DNA of 64,000 bases from assembly GCA_964057225.1 (NCBI GenBank), contig OZ059900.1, positions 17,794,001 through 17,858,000 of the forward strand, written 5' to 3'. The DNA comes from Auanema rhodensis. Taxonomy: Eukaryota > Animalia > Nematoda. Numbering within the stretch: the stretch's first letter is position 1; each line of letters starts with the position of its first letter. Position numbers and translations under genes: made by a program. Of this stretch, positions 39,101 to 54,100 are shown piece by piece. A model generated the notes under the pieces. It made no database searches and was not told the origin of the DNA. It saw only the letters and a program-made list of their open reading frames with translations.

Positions 39101-42100
39101 GCGAAATTTCCAAAAAGTGGTTTTCCAGCATAATAAAATATTTCTCATGGGAAATACTGTGTTTTTGTATTTTTCTAGTGTTCAGCATGTAAAATGCTTC
39201 ATTTAAGTATGTGACACGCTGAAATTCGTTGCATTTGACGACTCATATGAACAAAAATCGATTTAATCAATATTAGCCATAAGGGGCGTGCCCTCAGATT
39301 ATGCTAATTTCCTTAATTTTCTAACCCCTGTTTTTTGTCGTGAAAGTGGAACTAGACGTTGTAGGAACAATTTTGAGCTAGGTTTCATTGACATTGCATG
39401 AGTTTGAACACATGAAATCGTAAGTCAAAACCTTGTTTACAGCGAAATTTCCAAAAAGTGGTTTTCCAGCATAATAAAATATTTCTCATGGGAAATACTG
39501 TGTTTTTGTATTTTTCTAGTGTTCAGCATGCAAAATACTTCATTTTAGTATGTAACACGCTGAAATTCGTTGCATTTGACGACTCATATGAACAAAAATC
39601 GATTTAATCAATATTAGCCATAAGGGGCGTGCCCTCAGAATATGCTAATTTCCTAAATTTTCTAACCCCTGTTTTTTTGTCGTGAAAGTGGAACTAGACG
39701 TTGTACGAACAATTTTGAGCTAGGTTTCATTGACATTGCATGAGTTTGAACACATGAAATCGTAAGTCAAAACCTTGTTTACAGCGAAATTTCCAAAAAC
39801 TGGTTTTCCAGCATAATAAAATATTTCTCATGGGAAAAACTGTGTTTTTGTAATTTTCTAGTGTTCAGCATGTAAAATGCTTCATTTTAGTATGTAACAC
39901 GCTGAAATTCGTTGCATTTGACGACTCATATGAACAAAAATCGATTTAATCAATATTAGCCATAAGAGGCGTGCCCTCAGAATATGCTAATTTCCTTAAT
40001 TTTCTAACCCCTGTTTTTTTGTCGTGAAAGTGGAACTAGACGTTGTAGGAACAATTTTGAGCTAGATTTCTTTGACATTGCATGAGTTTGAACACATGAA
40101 ATCGTAAGTCAAAACCTTGTTTACAGCGAAAATTCCAAAAACTGGTTTTCCAGCATAATAAAATATTTCTCATGGGAAATACTGTGTTTTTGTATTTTTC
40201 TAGTGTTCAGCATGTAAAATGCTTCATTTAAGTATGTGACACGCTGAAATTCGTTGCATTTGACGACTCATATGAACAAAAATCGATTTAATCAATATTA
40301 GCCATAAGGGGCGTGCCCTCAGATTATGCTAATTTCCTTAATTTTCTAACCCCTGTTTTTTGTCGTGAAAGTGGAACTAGACGTTGTAGGAACAATTTTG
40401 AGCTAGGTTTCATTGACATTGCATGAGTTTGAACACATGAAATCGTAAGTCAAAACCTTGTTTACAGCGAAATTTCCAAAAACTGGTTTTCCAGCATAAT
40501 AAAATATTTCTCATGGGAAATACTGTGTTTTTGTATTTTTCTAGTGTTCAGCATGTAAAATGCTTCATTTTAGTATGTAACACGCTGAAATTCGTTTCGT
40601 TTGACGACTCATATGAACAAAAATCGATTTAATCAATATTAGCCATAAGGGGCGTGCCCTCAGAATATGCTAATTTCCTTAATTTTCTAACCCCTGTTTT
40701 TTTGTCGTGAAAGTGGAACTAGACGTTGTAGGAACAATTTTGAGCTAGGTTTCATTGACATTGCATGAGTTTGAACACATGAAATCGTAAGTCAAAACCT
40801 TGTTTACAGCGAAATTTCCAAAAACTGGTTTTCCAGCATAATAAAATATTTCTCATGGGAAATACTGTGTTTTTGTATTTTTATAGTGTTCAGCATGTAA
40901 AATGTTTCATTTTAGTATGTAACACGCTGAAATTCGTTGCATTTGACGACTCATATGAACAAAAATCGATTTAATCAATATTAGCCATAAAGGGCGTGCC
41001 CTCAGAATATGCTAATTTCCTTAATTTTCTAACCCCTGTTTTGTTGTCGTGAAAGTGGAACTAGACGTTGTAGGAACAATTTTGAGCTAGGTTTCATTGA
41101 CATTGCATGAGTTTGAACACATGAAATCGTAAGTCAAAACCTTGTTTACAGCGAACTTTCCAAAAACTGGTTTTCCAGCATAATAAAATATTTCTTATGG
41201 GAAATACTGTGTTTTTGTATTTTTCTAGTGTTCAGCATGTAAAATGCTTCATTTTAGTATGTAACACGCTGAAATTCGTTGCATTTGACGACTCATATGA
41301 ACAAAAATCGATTTAATCAATATTAGCCATAAGGGGCGTGCCCTCAGAATATGCTAATTTCCTAAATTTTCTAACCCCTGTTTTTTTGTCGTGAAAGTGG
41401 AACTAGACGTTGTACGAACAATTTTGAGCTAGGTTTCATTGACATTGCATGAGTTTGAACACATGAAATCGTAAGTCAAAACCTTGTTTACAGCGAAATT
41501 TCCAAAAACTGGTTTTCCAGCATAATAAAATATTTCTCATGGGAAAAACTGTGTTTTTGTATTTTTCTAGTGTTCAGCATGTAAAATGCTTCATTTTAGT
41601 ATGTAACACGCTGAAATTCGTTGCATTTGACGACTCATATGAACAAAAATCGATTTAATCAATATTAGCCATAAGAGGCGTGCCCTCAGAATATGCTAAT
41701 TTCCTTAATTTTCTAACCCCTGTTTTTTTGTCGTGAAAGTGGAACTAGACGTTGTACGAACAATTTTGAGCTAGGTTTCATTGACATTGCATGAGTTTGA
41801 ACACATGAAATCGTAAGTCAAAACCTTGTTTACAGCGAAATTTCCAAAAACTGGTTTTCCAGCATAATAAAATATTTCTCATGGGAAATACTGTGTTTTT
41901 GTATTTTTATAGTGTTCAGCATGTAAAATGTTTCATTTTAGTATGTAACACGCTGAAATTCGTTGCATTTGACGACTCATATGAACAAAAATCGATTTAA
42001 TCAATATTAGCCATAAAGGGCGTGCCCTCAGAATATGCTAATTTCCTTAATTTTCTAACCCCTGTTTTGTTGTCGTGAAAGTGGAACTAGACGTTGTAGG

Positions 42101-45100
42101 AACAATTTTGAGCTAGGTTTCATTGACATTGCATGAGTTTGAACACATGAAATCGTAAGTCAAAACCTTGTTTACAGCGAAATTTCCAAAAACTGGTTTT
42201 CCAGCATAATAAAATATTTCTCATGGGAAATACTGTGTTTTTGTATTTTTATAGTGTTCAGCATGTAAAATGTTTCATTTTAGTATGTAACACGCTGAAA
42301 TTCGTTGCATTTGACGACTCATATGAACAAAAATCGATTTAATCAATATTAGCCATAAGAGGCGTGCCCTCAGAATATGCTAATTTCCTTAATTTTCTAA
42401 CCCCTGTTTTTTTGTCGTGAAAGTGGAACTAGACGTTGTAGGAACAATTTTGAGCTAGGTTTCATTGACATTGCATGAGTTTGAACACATGAAATCGTAA
42501 GTCAAAACCTTGTTTACAGCGAAATTTCCAAAAACTGGTTTTCCAGCATAATAAAATATTTCTCATAGGAAATACTGTGTTTTTGTATTTTTCTAGTGTT
42601 CAGCATGTGAAATGCTTCATTTTAGTATGTAACACGCTGAAATTCGTTGCATTTGACGACTCATATGAACAAAAATCGATTTAATCAATATTAGCCATAA
42701 GGGGCGTGCCCTCAGAATATGCTAATTTCCTTAATTTTCTAACCCCTGTTTTGTTGTCGTGAAAGTGGAACTAGACGTTGTAGGAACAATTTTGAGCTAG
42801 GTTTCATTGACATTGCATGAGTTTGAACACATGAAATCGTAAGTCAAAACCTTGTTTACAGCGAAATTTCCAAAAACTGGTTTTCCAGCATAATAAAATA
42901 TTTCTCATGGGAAATACTGTGTTTTTGTATTTTTCTAGTGTTCAGCATGTAAAATGCTTCATTTTAGTATGTAACACGCTGAAATTCGTTTCATTTGACG
43001 ACTCATATGAACAAAAATCGATTTAATCAATATTAGCCATAAAGGGCGTGCCCTCAGAATATGCTAATTTCCTTAATTTTCTAACCCCTGTTTTTTTGTC
43101 GTGAAAGTGGAACTAGACGTTGTAGGAACAATTTCGAGCTAGATTTCATTGACATTGCATGAGTTTGAACACATGAAATCGTAAGTCAAAACCTTGTTTA
43201 CAGCGAAATTTCCAAAAACTGGTTTTCCAGCATAATAAAATATTTCTCATGGGAAATACTGTGTTTTTGTATTTTTATAGTGTTCAGCATGTAAAATGTT
43301 TCATTTTAGTATGTAACACGCTGAAATTCGTTGCATTTGACGACTCATATGAACAAAAATCGATTTAATCAATATTAGCCATAAAGGGCGTGCCCTCAGA
43401 TTATGCTAATTTCCTTAATTTTCTAACCCCTGTTTTGTTGTCGTGAAAGTGGAACTAGACGTTGTAGGAACAATTTTGAGCTAGGTTTCATTGACATTGC
43501 ATGAGTTTGAACACATGAAATCGTAAGTCAAAACCTTGTTTACAGCGAAATTTCCAAAAACTGGTTTTCCAGCATAATAAAATATTTCTCATGGGAAATA
43601 CTGTGTTTTTGTATTTTTATAGTGTTCAGCATGTAAAATGTTTCATTTTAGTATGTAACACGCTGAAATTCGTTGCATTTGACGACTCATATGAACAAAA
43701 ATCGATTTAATCAATATAAGCCATAAAGGGCGTGCCCTCAGAATCTGCTAATTTCCTTAATTTTCTAACCCCTGTTTTTTTGTCGTGAAAGTGGAACTAG
43801 ACGTTGTAGGAACAATTTTGAGCTAGATTTCATTGACAATGCATGAGTTTGAACACATGAAATCGTAAGTCAAAACCTTGTTTACAGCGAAATTTCCAAA
43901 AACTCGTTTTCCAGCATAATAAAATATTTCTCATGGGAAATACTGTGTTTTTGTATTTTTTTAGTGTTCAGCATGTAAAATGCTTCATTTTAGTATGTGA
44001 CACGCTGAAATTAATTGCATTTGACGACTCATATGAACAAAAATCGATTTAATCAATATTAGCCATAAGGGGCGTGCCCTCAGAATATGCTAATTTCCTC
44101 AATTTTCTAACCCCTGTTTTTTTGTCGTGAAAGTGGAACTAGACGTTGTACGAACAATTTTGAGCTAGGTTTCATTGACATTGCATGAGTTTGAACACAT
44201 GAAATCGTAAGTCAAAACCTTGTTTACAGCGAAATTTCCAAAAACTGGTTTTCCAGCATAATAAAATATTTCTCATGGGAAATACTGTGTTTTTGTATTT
44301 TTATAGTGTTCAGCATGTAAAATGCTTCATTTTTGTATGTAACACGCTGAAATTCGTTGCATTTGACGACTCATATGAACAAAAATCGATTTAATCAATA
44401 TTAGCCATAAGAGGCGTGCCCTCAGAATATGCTAATTTCCTTAATTTTCTAACCCCTGTTTTTTTGTCGTGAAAGTGGAACTAGACGTTGTAGGAACAAT
44501 TTTGAGCTAGGTTTCATTGACATTGCATGAGTTTGAACACATGAAATCGTAAGTCAAAACCTTGTTTACAGCGAAATTTCCAAAAACTGGTTTTCCAGCA
44601 TAATAAAATATTTCTCATAGGAAATACTGTGTTTTTGTATTTTTCTAGTGTTCAGCATGTGAAATGCTTCATTTTAGTATGTAACACGCTGAAATTCGTT
44701 GCATTTGACGACTCATATGAACAAAAATCGATTTAATCAATATTAGCCATAAGGGGCGTGCCCTCAGAATATGCTAATTTCCTTAATTTTCTAACCCCTG
44801 TTTTGTTGTCGTGAAAGTGGAACTAGACGTTGTAGGAACAATTTTGAGCTAGGTTTCATTGACATTGCATGAGTTTGAACACATGAAATCGTAAGTCAAA
44901 ACCTTGTTTACAGCGAAATTTCCAAAAACTGGTTTTCCAGCATAATAAAATATTTCTCATGGGAAATACTGTGTTTTTGTATTTTTCTAGTGTTCAGCAT
45001 GTAAAATGCTTCATTTTAGTATGTAACACGCTGAAATTCGTTTCATTTGACGACTCATATGAACAAAAATCGATTTAATCAATATTAGCCATAAGGGGCG

Positions 45101-48100
45101 TGCCCTCAGAATATGCTAATTTCCTTAATTTTCTAACCCCTGTTTTTTTGTCGTGAAAGTGGAACTAGACGTTGTAGGAACAATTTTGAGCTAGGTTTCA
45201 TTGACATTGCATGAGTTTGAACACATGAAATCGTAAGTCAAAACCTTGTTTACAGCGAAATTTCCAAAAACTCGTTTTCCAGCATAATAAAATATTTCTC
45301 ATGGGAAATACTGTGTTTTTGTATTTTTATAGTGTTCAGCATGTAAAATGTTTCATTTTAGTATGTAACACGCTGAAATTCGTTGCATTTGACGACTCAT
45401 ATGAACAAAAATCGATTTAATCAATATTAGCCATAAAGGGCGTGCCCTCAGAATATGCTAATTTCCTTAATTTTCTAACCCCTGTTTTTTTGTCGTGAAA
45501 GTGGAACTAGACGTTGTAGGAACAATTTTGAGCTAGGTTTCATTGACATTGCATGAGTTTGAACACATGAAATCGTAAGTCAAAACCTTGTTTACAGCGA
45601 AATTTCCAAAAACTCGTTTTCCAGCATAATAAAATATTTCTCATGGGAAATACTGTGTTTTTGTATTTTTTTAGTGTTCAGCATGTAAAATGCTTCATTT
45701 TAGTATGTAACACGCTGAAATTCGTTGCATTTGACGACTCATATGAACAAAAATCGATTTAATCAATATTAGCCATAAGGGGCGTGCCCTCAGAATATGC
45801 TAATTTCCTTAATTTTCTAACCCCTGTTTTTTTGTCGTGAAAGTGGAACTAGACGTTGTACGAACAATTTTGAGCTAGGTTTCATTGACATTGCATGAGT
45901 TTGAACACATGAAATCGTAAGTCAAAACCTTGTTTACAGCGAAATTTCCAAAAACTGGTTTTCCAGCATAATAAAATATTTCTCATGGGAAATACTGTGT
46001 TTTTGTATTTTTATAGTGTTCAGCATGTAAAATGTTTCATTTTAGTATGTAACACGCTGAAATTCGTTGCATTTGACGACTCATATGAACAAAAATCGAT
46101 TTAATCAATATAAGCCATAAAGGGCGTGCCCTCAGATTATGCTAATTTCCTCAATTTTCTAACCCCTGTTTTTTTGTCGTGAAAGTGGAACTAGACGTTG
46201 TACCAACAATTTTGAGCTAGGTTTCATTGACATTGCATGAGTTTGAACACATGAAATCGTAAGTCAAAACCTTGTTTACAGCGAAATTTCCAAAAACTGG
46301 TTTTCCAGCATAATAAAATATTTCTCATAGGAAATACTGTGTTTTTGTATTTTTCTAGTGTTCAGCATGTGAAATGCTTCATTTTAGTATGTAACACGCT
46401 GAAATTCGTTGCATTTGACGACTCATATGAACAAAAATCGATTTAATCAATATTAGCCATAAGGGGCGTGCCCTCAGAATATGCTAATTTCCTTAATTTT
46501 CTAACCCCTGTTTTTTTGTCGTGAAAGTGGAACTAGACGTTGTAGGAACAATTTTGAGCTAGGTTTCATTGACATTGCATGAGTTTGAACACATGAAATC
46601 GTAAGTCAAAACCTTGTTTACAGCGAAATTTCCAAAAACTCGTTTTCCAGCATAATAAAATATTTCTCATGGGAAATACTGTGTTTTTGTATTTTTATAG
46701 TGTTCAGCATGTAAAATGTTTCATTTTAGTATGTAACACGCTGAAATTCGTTGCATTTGACGACTCATATGAACAAAAATCGATTTAATCAATATTAGCC
46801 ATAAAGGGCGTGCCCTCAGAATATGCTAATTTCCTTAATTTTCTAACCCCTGTTTTTTTGTCGTGAAAGTGGAACTAGACGTTGTAGGAACAATTTTGAG
46901 CTAGGTTTCATTGACATTGCATGAGTTTGAACACATGAAATCGTAAGTCAAAACCTTGTTTACAGCGAAATTTCCAAAAACTCGTTTTCCAGCATAATAA
47001 AATATTTCTCATGGGAAATACTGTGTTTTTGTATTTTTTTAGTGTTCAGCATGTAAAATGCTTCATTTTAGTATGTAACACGCTGAAATTCGTTGCATTT
47101 GACGACTCATATGAACAAAAATCGATTTAATCAATATTAGCCATAAGGGGCGTGCCCTCAGAATATGCTAATTTCCTTAATTTTCTAACCCCTGTTTTTT
47201 TGTCGTGAAAGTGGAACTAGACGTTGTACGAACAATTTTGAGCTAGGTTTCATTGACATTGCATGAGTTTGAACACATGAAATCGTAAGTCAAAACCTTG
47301 TTTACAGCGAAATTTCCAAAAACTGGTTTTCCAGCATAATAAAATATTTCTCATGGGAAATACTGTGTTTTTGTATTTTTATAGTGTTCAGCATGTAAAA
47401 TGTTTCATTTTAGTATGTAACACGCTGAAATTCGTTGCATTTGACGACTCATATGAACAAAAATCGATTTAATCAATATAAGCCATAAAGGGCGTGCCCT
47501 CAGAATCTGCTAATTTCCTTAATTTTCTAACCCCTGTTTTTTTGTCGTGAAAGTGGAACTAGACGTTGTAGGAACAATTTCGAGCTAGATTTCATTGACA
47601 TTGCATGAGTTTGAACACATGAAATCGTAAGTCAAAACCTTGTTTACAGCGAAATTTCCAAAAACTCGTTTTCCAGCATAATAAAATATTTCTCATGGGA
47701 AATACTGTGTTTTTGTATTTTTTTAGTGTTCAGCATGTAAAATGCTTCATTTTAGTATGTGACACGCTGAAATTAATTGCATTTGACGACTCATATGAAC
47801 AAAAATCGATTTAATCAATATTAGCCATAAGGGGCGTGCCCTCAGATTATGCTAATTTCCTCAATTTTCTAACCCCTGTTTTTTTGTCGTGAAAGTGGAA
47901 CTAGACGTTGTACCAACAATTTTGAGCTAGGTTTCATTGACATTGCATGAGTTTGAACACATGAAATCGTAAGTCAAAACCTTGTTTACAGCGAAATTTC
48001 CAAAAACTGGTTTTCCAGCATAATAAAATATTTCTCATGGGAAATACTGTGTTTTTGTATTTTTCTAGTGTTCAGCATGTGAAATGCTTCATTTTAGTAT

Positions 48101-51100
48101 GTAACACGCTGAAATTCGTTGCATTTGACGACTCATATGAACAAAAATCGATTTAATCAATATTAGCCATAAGGGGCGTGCCCTCAGAATATGCTAATTT
48201 CCTTAATTTTCTAACCCCTGTTTTGTTGTCGTGAAAGTGGAACTAGACGTTGTAGGAACAATTTTGAGCTAGGTTTCATTGACATTGCATGAGTTTGAAC
48301 ACATGAAATCGTAAGTCAAAACCTTGTTTACAGCGAAATTTCCAAAAACTGGTTTTCCAGCATAATAAAATATTTCTCATGGGAAATACTGTGTTTTTGT
48401 ATTTTTCTAGTGTTCAGCATGTGAAATGCTTCATTTTAGTATGTAACACGCTGAAATTCGTTGCATTTGACGACTCATATGAACAAAAATCGATTTAATC
48501 AATATTAGCCATAAGGGGCGTGCCCTCAGAATATGCTAATTTCCTTAATTTTCTAACCCCTGTTTTGTTGTCGTGAAAGTGGAACTAGACGTTGTAGGAA
48601 CAATTTTGAGCTAGGTTTCATTGACATTGCATGAGTTTGAACACATGAAATCGTAAGTCAAAACCTTGTTTACAGCGAAATTTCCAAAAACTGGTTTTCC
48701 AGCATAATAAAATATTTCTCATAGGAAATACTGTGTTTTTGTATTTTTCTAGTGTTCAGCATGTGAAATGCTTCATTTTAGTATGTAACACGCTGAAATT
48801 CGTTGCATTTGACGACTCATATGAACAAAAATCGATTTAATCAATATTAGCCATAAGGGGCGTGCCCTCAGAATATGCTAATTTCCTTAATTTTCTAACC
48901 CCTGTTTTGTTGTCGTGAAAGTGGAACTAGACGTTGTAGGAACAATTTTGAGCTAGGTTTCATTGACATTGCATGAGTTTGAACACATGAAATCGTAAGT
49001 CAAAACCTTGTTTACAGCGAAATTTCCAAAAACTGGTTTTCCAGCATAATAAAATATTTCTCATGGGAAATACTGTGTTTTTGTATTTTTCTAGTGTTCA
49101 GCATGTAAAATGCTTCATTTTAGTATGTAACACGCTGAAATTCGTTTCATTTGACGACTCATATGAACAAAAATCGATTTAATCAATATTAGCCATAAGG
49201 GGCGTGCCCTCAGAATATGCTAATTTCCTTAATTTTCTAACCCCTGTTTTTTTGTCGTGAAAGTGGAACTAGACGTTGTAGGAACAATTTTGAGCTAGGT
49301 TTCATTGACATTGCATGAGTTTGAACACATGAAATCGTAAGTCAAAACCTTGTTTACAGCGAAATTTCCAAAAACTCGTTTTCCAGCATAATAAAATATT
49401 TCTCATGGGAAATACTGTGTTTTTGTATTTTTATAGTGTTCAGCATGTAAAATGTTTCATTTTAGTATGTAACACGCTGAAATTCGTTGCATTTGACGAC
49501 TCATATGAACAAAAATCGATTTAATCAATATAAGCCATAAAGGGCGTGCCCTCAGAATCTGCTAATTTCCTTAATTTTCTAACCCCTGTTTTTTTGTCGT
49601 GAAAGTGGAACTAGACGTTGTAGGAACAATTTCGAGCTAGATTTCATTGACATTGCATGAGTTTGAACACATGAAATCGTAAGTCAAAACCTTGTTTACA
49701 GCGAAATTTCCAAAAACTCGTTTTCCAGCATAATAAAATATTTCTCATGGGAAATACTGTGTTTTTGTATTTTTTTAGTGTTCAGCATGTAAAATGCTTC
49801 ATTTTAGTATGTGACACGCTGAAATTAATTGCATTTGACGACTCATATGAACAAAAATCGATTTAATCAATATTAGCCATAAGGGGCGTGCCCTCAGATT
49901 ATGCTAATTTCCTCAATTTTCTAACCCCTGTTTTTTTGTCGTGAAAGTGGAACTAGACGTTGTACCAACAATTTTGAGCTAGGTTTCATTGACATTGCAT
50001 GAGTTTGAACACATGAAATCGTAAGTCAAAACCTTGTTTACAGCGAAATTTCCAAAAACTGGTTTTCCAGCATAATAAAATATTTCTCATGGGAAATACT
50101 GTGTTTTTGTATTTTTCTAGTGTTCAGCATGTGAAATGCTTCATTTTAGTATGTAACACGCTGAAATTCGTTGCATTTGACGACTCATATGAACAAAAAT
50201 CGATTTAATCAATATTAGCCATAAGGGGCGTGCCCTCAGAATATGCTAATTTCCTTAATTTTCTAACCCCTGTTTTGTTGTCGTGAAAGTGGAACTAGAC
50301 GTTGTAGGAACAATTTTGAGCTAGGTTTCATTGACATTGCATGAGTTTGAACACATGAAATCGTAAGTCAAAACCTTGTTTACAGCGAAATTTCCAAAAA
50401 CTGGTTTTCCAGCATAATAAAATATTTCTCATGGGAAATACTGTGTTTTTGTATTTTTATAGTGTTCAGCATGTAAAATGCTTCATTTTAGTATGTAACA
50501 CGCTGAAATTCGTTGCATTTGACGACTCATATGAACAAAAATCGATTTAATCAATATTAGCCATAAGGGGCGTGCCCTCAGAATATGCTAATTTCCTTAA
50601 TTTTCTAACCCCTGTTTTTTTGTCGTGAAAGTGGAACTAGACGTTGTACGAACAATTTTGAGCTAGGTTTCATTGACATTGCATGAGTTTGAACACATGA
50701 AATCGTAAGTCAAAACCTTGTTTACAGCGAAATTTCCAAAAACTGGTTTTCCAGCATAATAAAATATTTCTCATGGGAAATACTGTGTTTTTGTATTTTT
50801 TTAGTGTTCAGCATGTAAAATGCTTCATTTTAGTATGTAACACGCTGAAATTCGTTGCATTTGACGACTCATATGAACAAAAATCGATTTAATCAATATT
50901 AGCCATAAGGGGCGTGCCCTCAGAATATGCTAATTTCCTTAATTTTCTAACCCCTGTTTTTTTGTCGTGAAAGTGGAACTAGACGTTGTACGAACAATTT
51001 TGAGCTAGGTTTCATTGACATTGCATGAGTTTGAACACATGAAATCGTAAGTCAAAACCTTGTTTACAGCGAAATTTCCAAAAACTGGTTTTCCAGCATA

Positions 51101-54100
51101 ATAAAATATTTCTCATGGGAAATACTGTGTTTTTGTATTTTTATAGTGTTCAGCATGTAAAATGTTTCATTTTAGTATGTAACACGCTGAAATTCGTTGC
51201 ATTTGACGACTCATATGAACAAAAATCGATTTAATCAATATAAGCCATAAAGGGCGTGCCCTCAGAATCTGCTAATTTCCTTAATTTTCTAACCCCTGTT
51301 TTTTTGTCGTGAAAGTGGAACTAGACGTTGTAGGAACAATTTCGAGCTAGATTTCATTGACATTGCATGAGTTTGAACACATGAAATCGTAAGTCAAAAC
51401 CTTGTTTACAGCGAAATTTCCAAAAACTCGTTTTCCAGCATAATAAAATATTTCTCATGGGAAATACTGTGTTTTTGTATTTTTTTAGTGTTCAGCATGT
51501 AAAATGCTTCATTTTAGTATGTGACACGCTGAAATTAATTGCATTTGACGACTCATATGAACAAAAATCGATTTAATCAATATTAGCCATAAGGGGCGTG
51601 CCCTCAGATTATGCTAATTTCCTCAATTTTCTAACCCCTGTTTTTTTGTCGTGAAAGTGGAACTAGACGTTGTACCAACAATTTTGAGCTAGGTTTCATT
51701 GACATTGCATGAGTTTGAACACATGAAATCGTAAGTCAAAACCTTGTTTACAGCGAAATTTCCAAAAACTGGTTTTCCAGCATAATAAAATATTTCTCAT
51801 GGGAAATACTGTGTTTTTGTATTTTTCTAGTGTTCAGCATGTGAAATGCTTCATTTTAGTATGTAACACGCTGAAATTCGTTGCATTTGACGACTCATAT
51901 GAACAAAAATCGATTTAATCAATATTAGCCATAAGGGGCGTGCCCTCAGAATATGCTAATTTCCTTAATTTTCTAACCCCTGTTTTGTTGTCGTGAAAGT
52001 GGAACTAGACGTTGTAGGAACAATTTTGAGCTAGGTTTCATTGACATTGCATGAGTTTGAACACATGAAATCGTAAGTCAAAACCTTGTTTACAGCGAAA
52101 TTTCCAAAAACTGGTTTTCCAGCATAATAAAATATTTCTCATGGGAAATACTGTGTTTTTGTATTTTTATAGTGTTCAGCATGTAAAATGCTTCATTTTA
52201 GTATGTAACACGCTGAAATTCGTTGCATTTGACGACTCATATGAACAAAAATCGATTTAATCAATATTAGCCATAAGAGGCGTGCCCTCAGAATATGCTA
52301 ATTTCCTTAATTTTCTAACCCCTGTTTTTTTGTCGTGAAAGTGGAACTAGACGTTGTAGGAACAATTTTGAGCTAGGTTTCATTGACATTGCATGAGTTT
52401 GAACACATGAAATCGTAAGTCAAAACCTTGTTTACAGCGAAATTTCCAAAAACTGGTTTTCCAGCATAATAAAATATTTCTCATAGGAAATACTGTGTTT
52501 TTGTATTTTTCTAGTGTTCAGCATGTGAAATGCTTCATTTTAGTATGTAACACGCTGAAATTCGTTGCATTTGACGACTCATATGAACAAAAATCGATTT
52601 AATCAATATTAGCCATAAGGGGCGTGCCCTCAGAATATGCTAATTTCCTTAATTTTCTAACCCCTGTTTTGTTGTCGTGAAAGTGGAACTAGACGTTGTA
52701 GGAACAATTTTGAGCTAGGTTTCATTGACATTGCATGAGTTTGAACACATGAAATCGTAAGTCAAAACCTTGTTTACAGCGAAATTTCCAAAAACTGGTT
52801 TTCCAGCATAATAAAATATTTCTCATGGGAAATACTGTGTTTTTGTATTTTTCTAGTGTTCAGCATGTAAAATGCTTCATTTTAGTATGTAACACGCTGA
52901 AATTCGTTTCATTTGACGACTCATATGAACAAAAATCGATTTAATCAATATTAGCCATAAGGGGCGTGCCCTCAGAATATGCTAATTTCCTTAATTTTCT
53001 AACCCCTGTTTTTTTGTCGTGAAAGTGGAACTAGACGTTGTAGGAACAATTTTGAGCTAGGTTTCATTGACATTGCATGAGTTTGAACACATGAAATCGT
53101 AAGTCAAAACCTTGTTTACAGCGAAATTTCCAAAAACTCGTTTTCCAGCATAATAAAATATTTCTCATGGGAAATACTGTGTTTTTGTATTTTTATAGTG
53201 TTCAGCATGTAAAATGTTTCATTTTAGTATGTAACACGCTGAAATTCGTTGCATTTGACGACTCATATGAACAAAAATCGATTTAATCAATATTAGCCAT
53301 AAGGGGCGTGCCCTCAGAATATGCTAATTTCCTTAATTTTCTAACCCCTGTTTTGTTGTCGTGAAAGTGGAACTAGACGTTGTAGGAACAATTTTGAGCT
53401 AGGTTTCATTGACATTGCATGAGTTTGAACACATGAAATCGTAAGTCAAAACCTTGTTTACAGCGAAATTTCCAAAAACTGGTTTTCCAGCATAATAAAA
53501 TATTTCTCATGGGAAATACTGTGTTTTTGTATTTTTCTAGTGTTCAGCATGTAAAATGCTTCATTTTAGTATGTAACACGCTGAAATTCGTTTCATTTGA
53601 CGACTCATATGAACAAAAATCGATTTAATCAATATTAGCCATAAGGGGCGTGCCCTCAGAATATGCTAATTTCCTTAATTTTCTAACCCCTGTTTTTTTG
53701 TCGTGAAAGTGGAACTAGACGTTGTAGGAACAATTTTGAGCTAGGTTTCATTGACATTGCATGAGTTTGAACACATGAAATCGTAAGTCAAAACCTTGTT
53801 TACAGCGAAATTTCCAAAAACTCGTTTTCCAGCATAATAAAATATTTCTCATGGGAAATACTGTGTTTTTGTATTTTTATAGTGTTCAGCATGTAAAATG
53901 TTTCATTTTAGTATGTAACACGCTGAAATTCGTTGCATTTGACGACTCATATGAACAAAAATCGATTTAATCAATATTAGCCATAAAGGGCGTGCCCTCA
54001 GAATATGCTAATTTCCTTAATTTTCTAACCCCTGTTTTTTTGTCGTGAAAGTGGAACTAGACGTTGTAGGAACAATTTTGAGCTAGGTTTCATTGACATT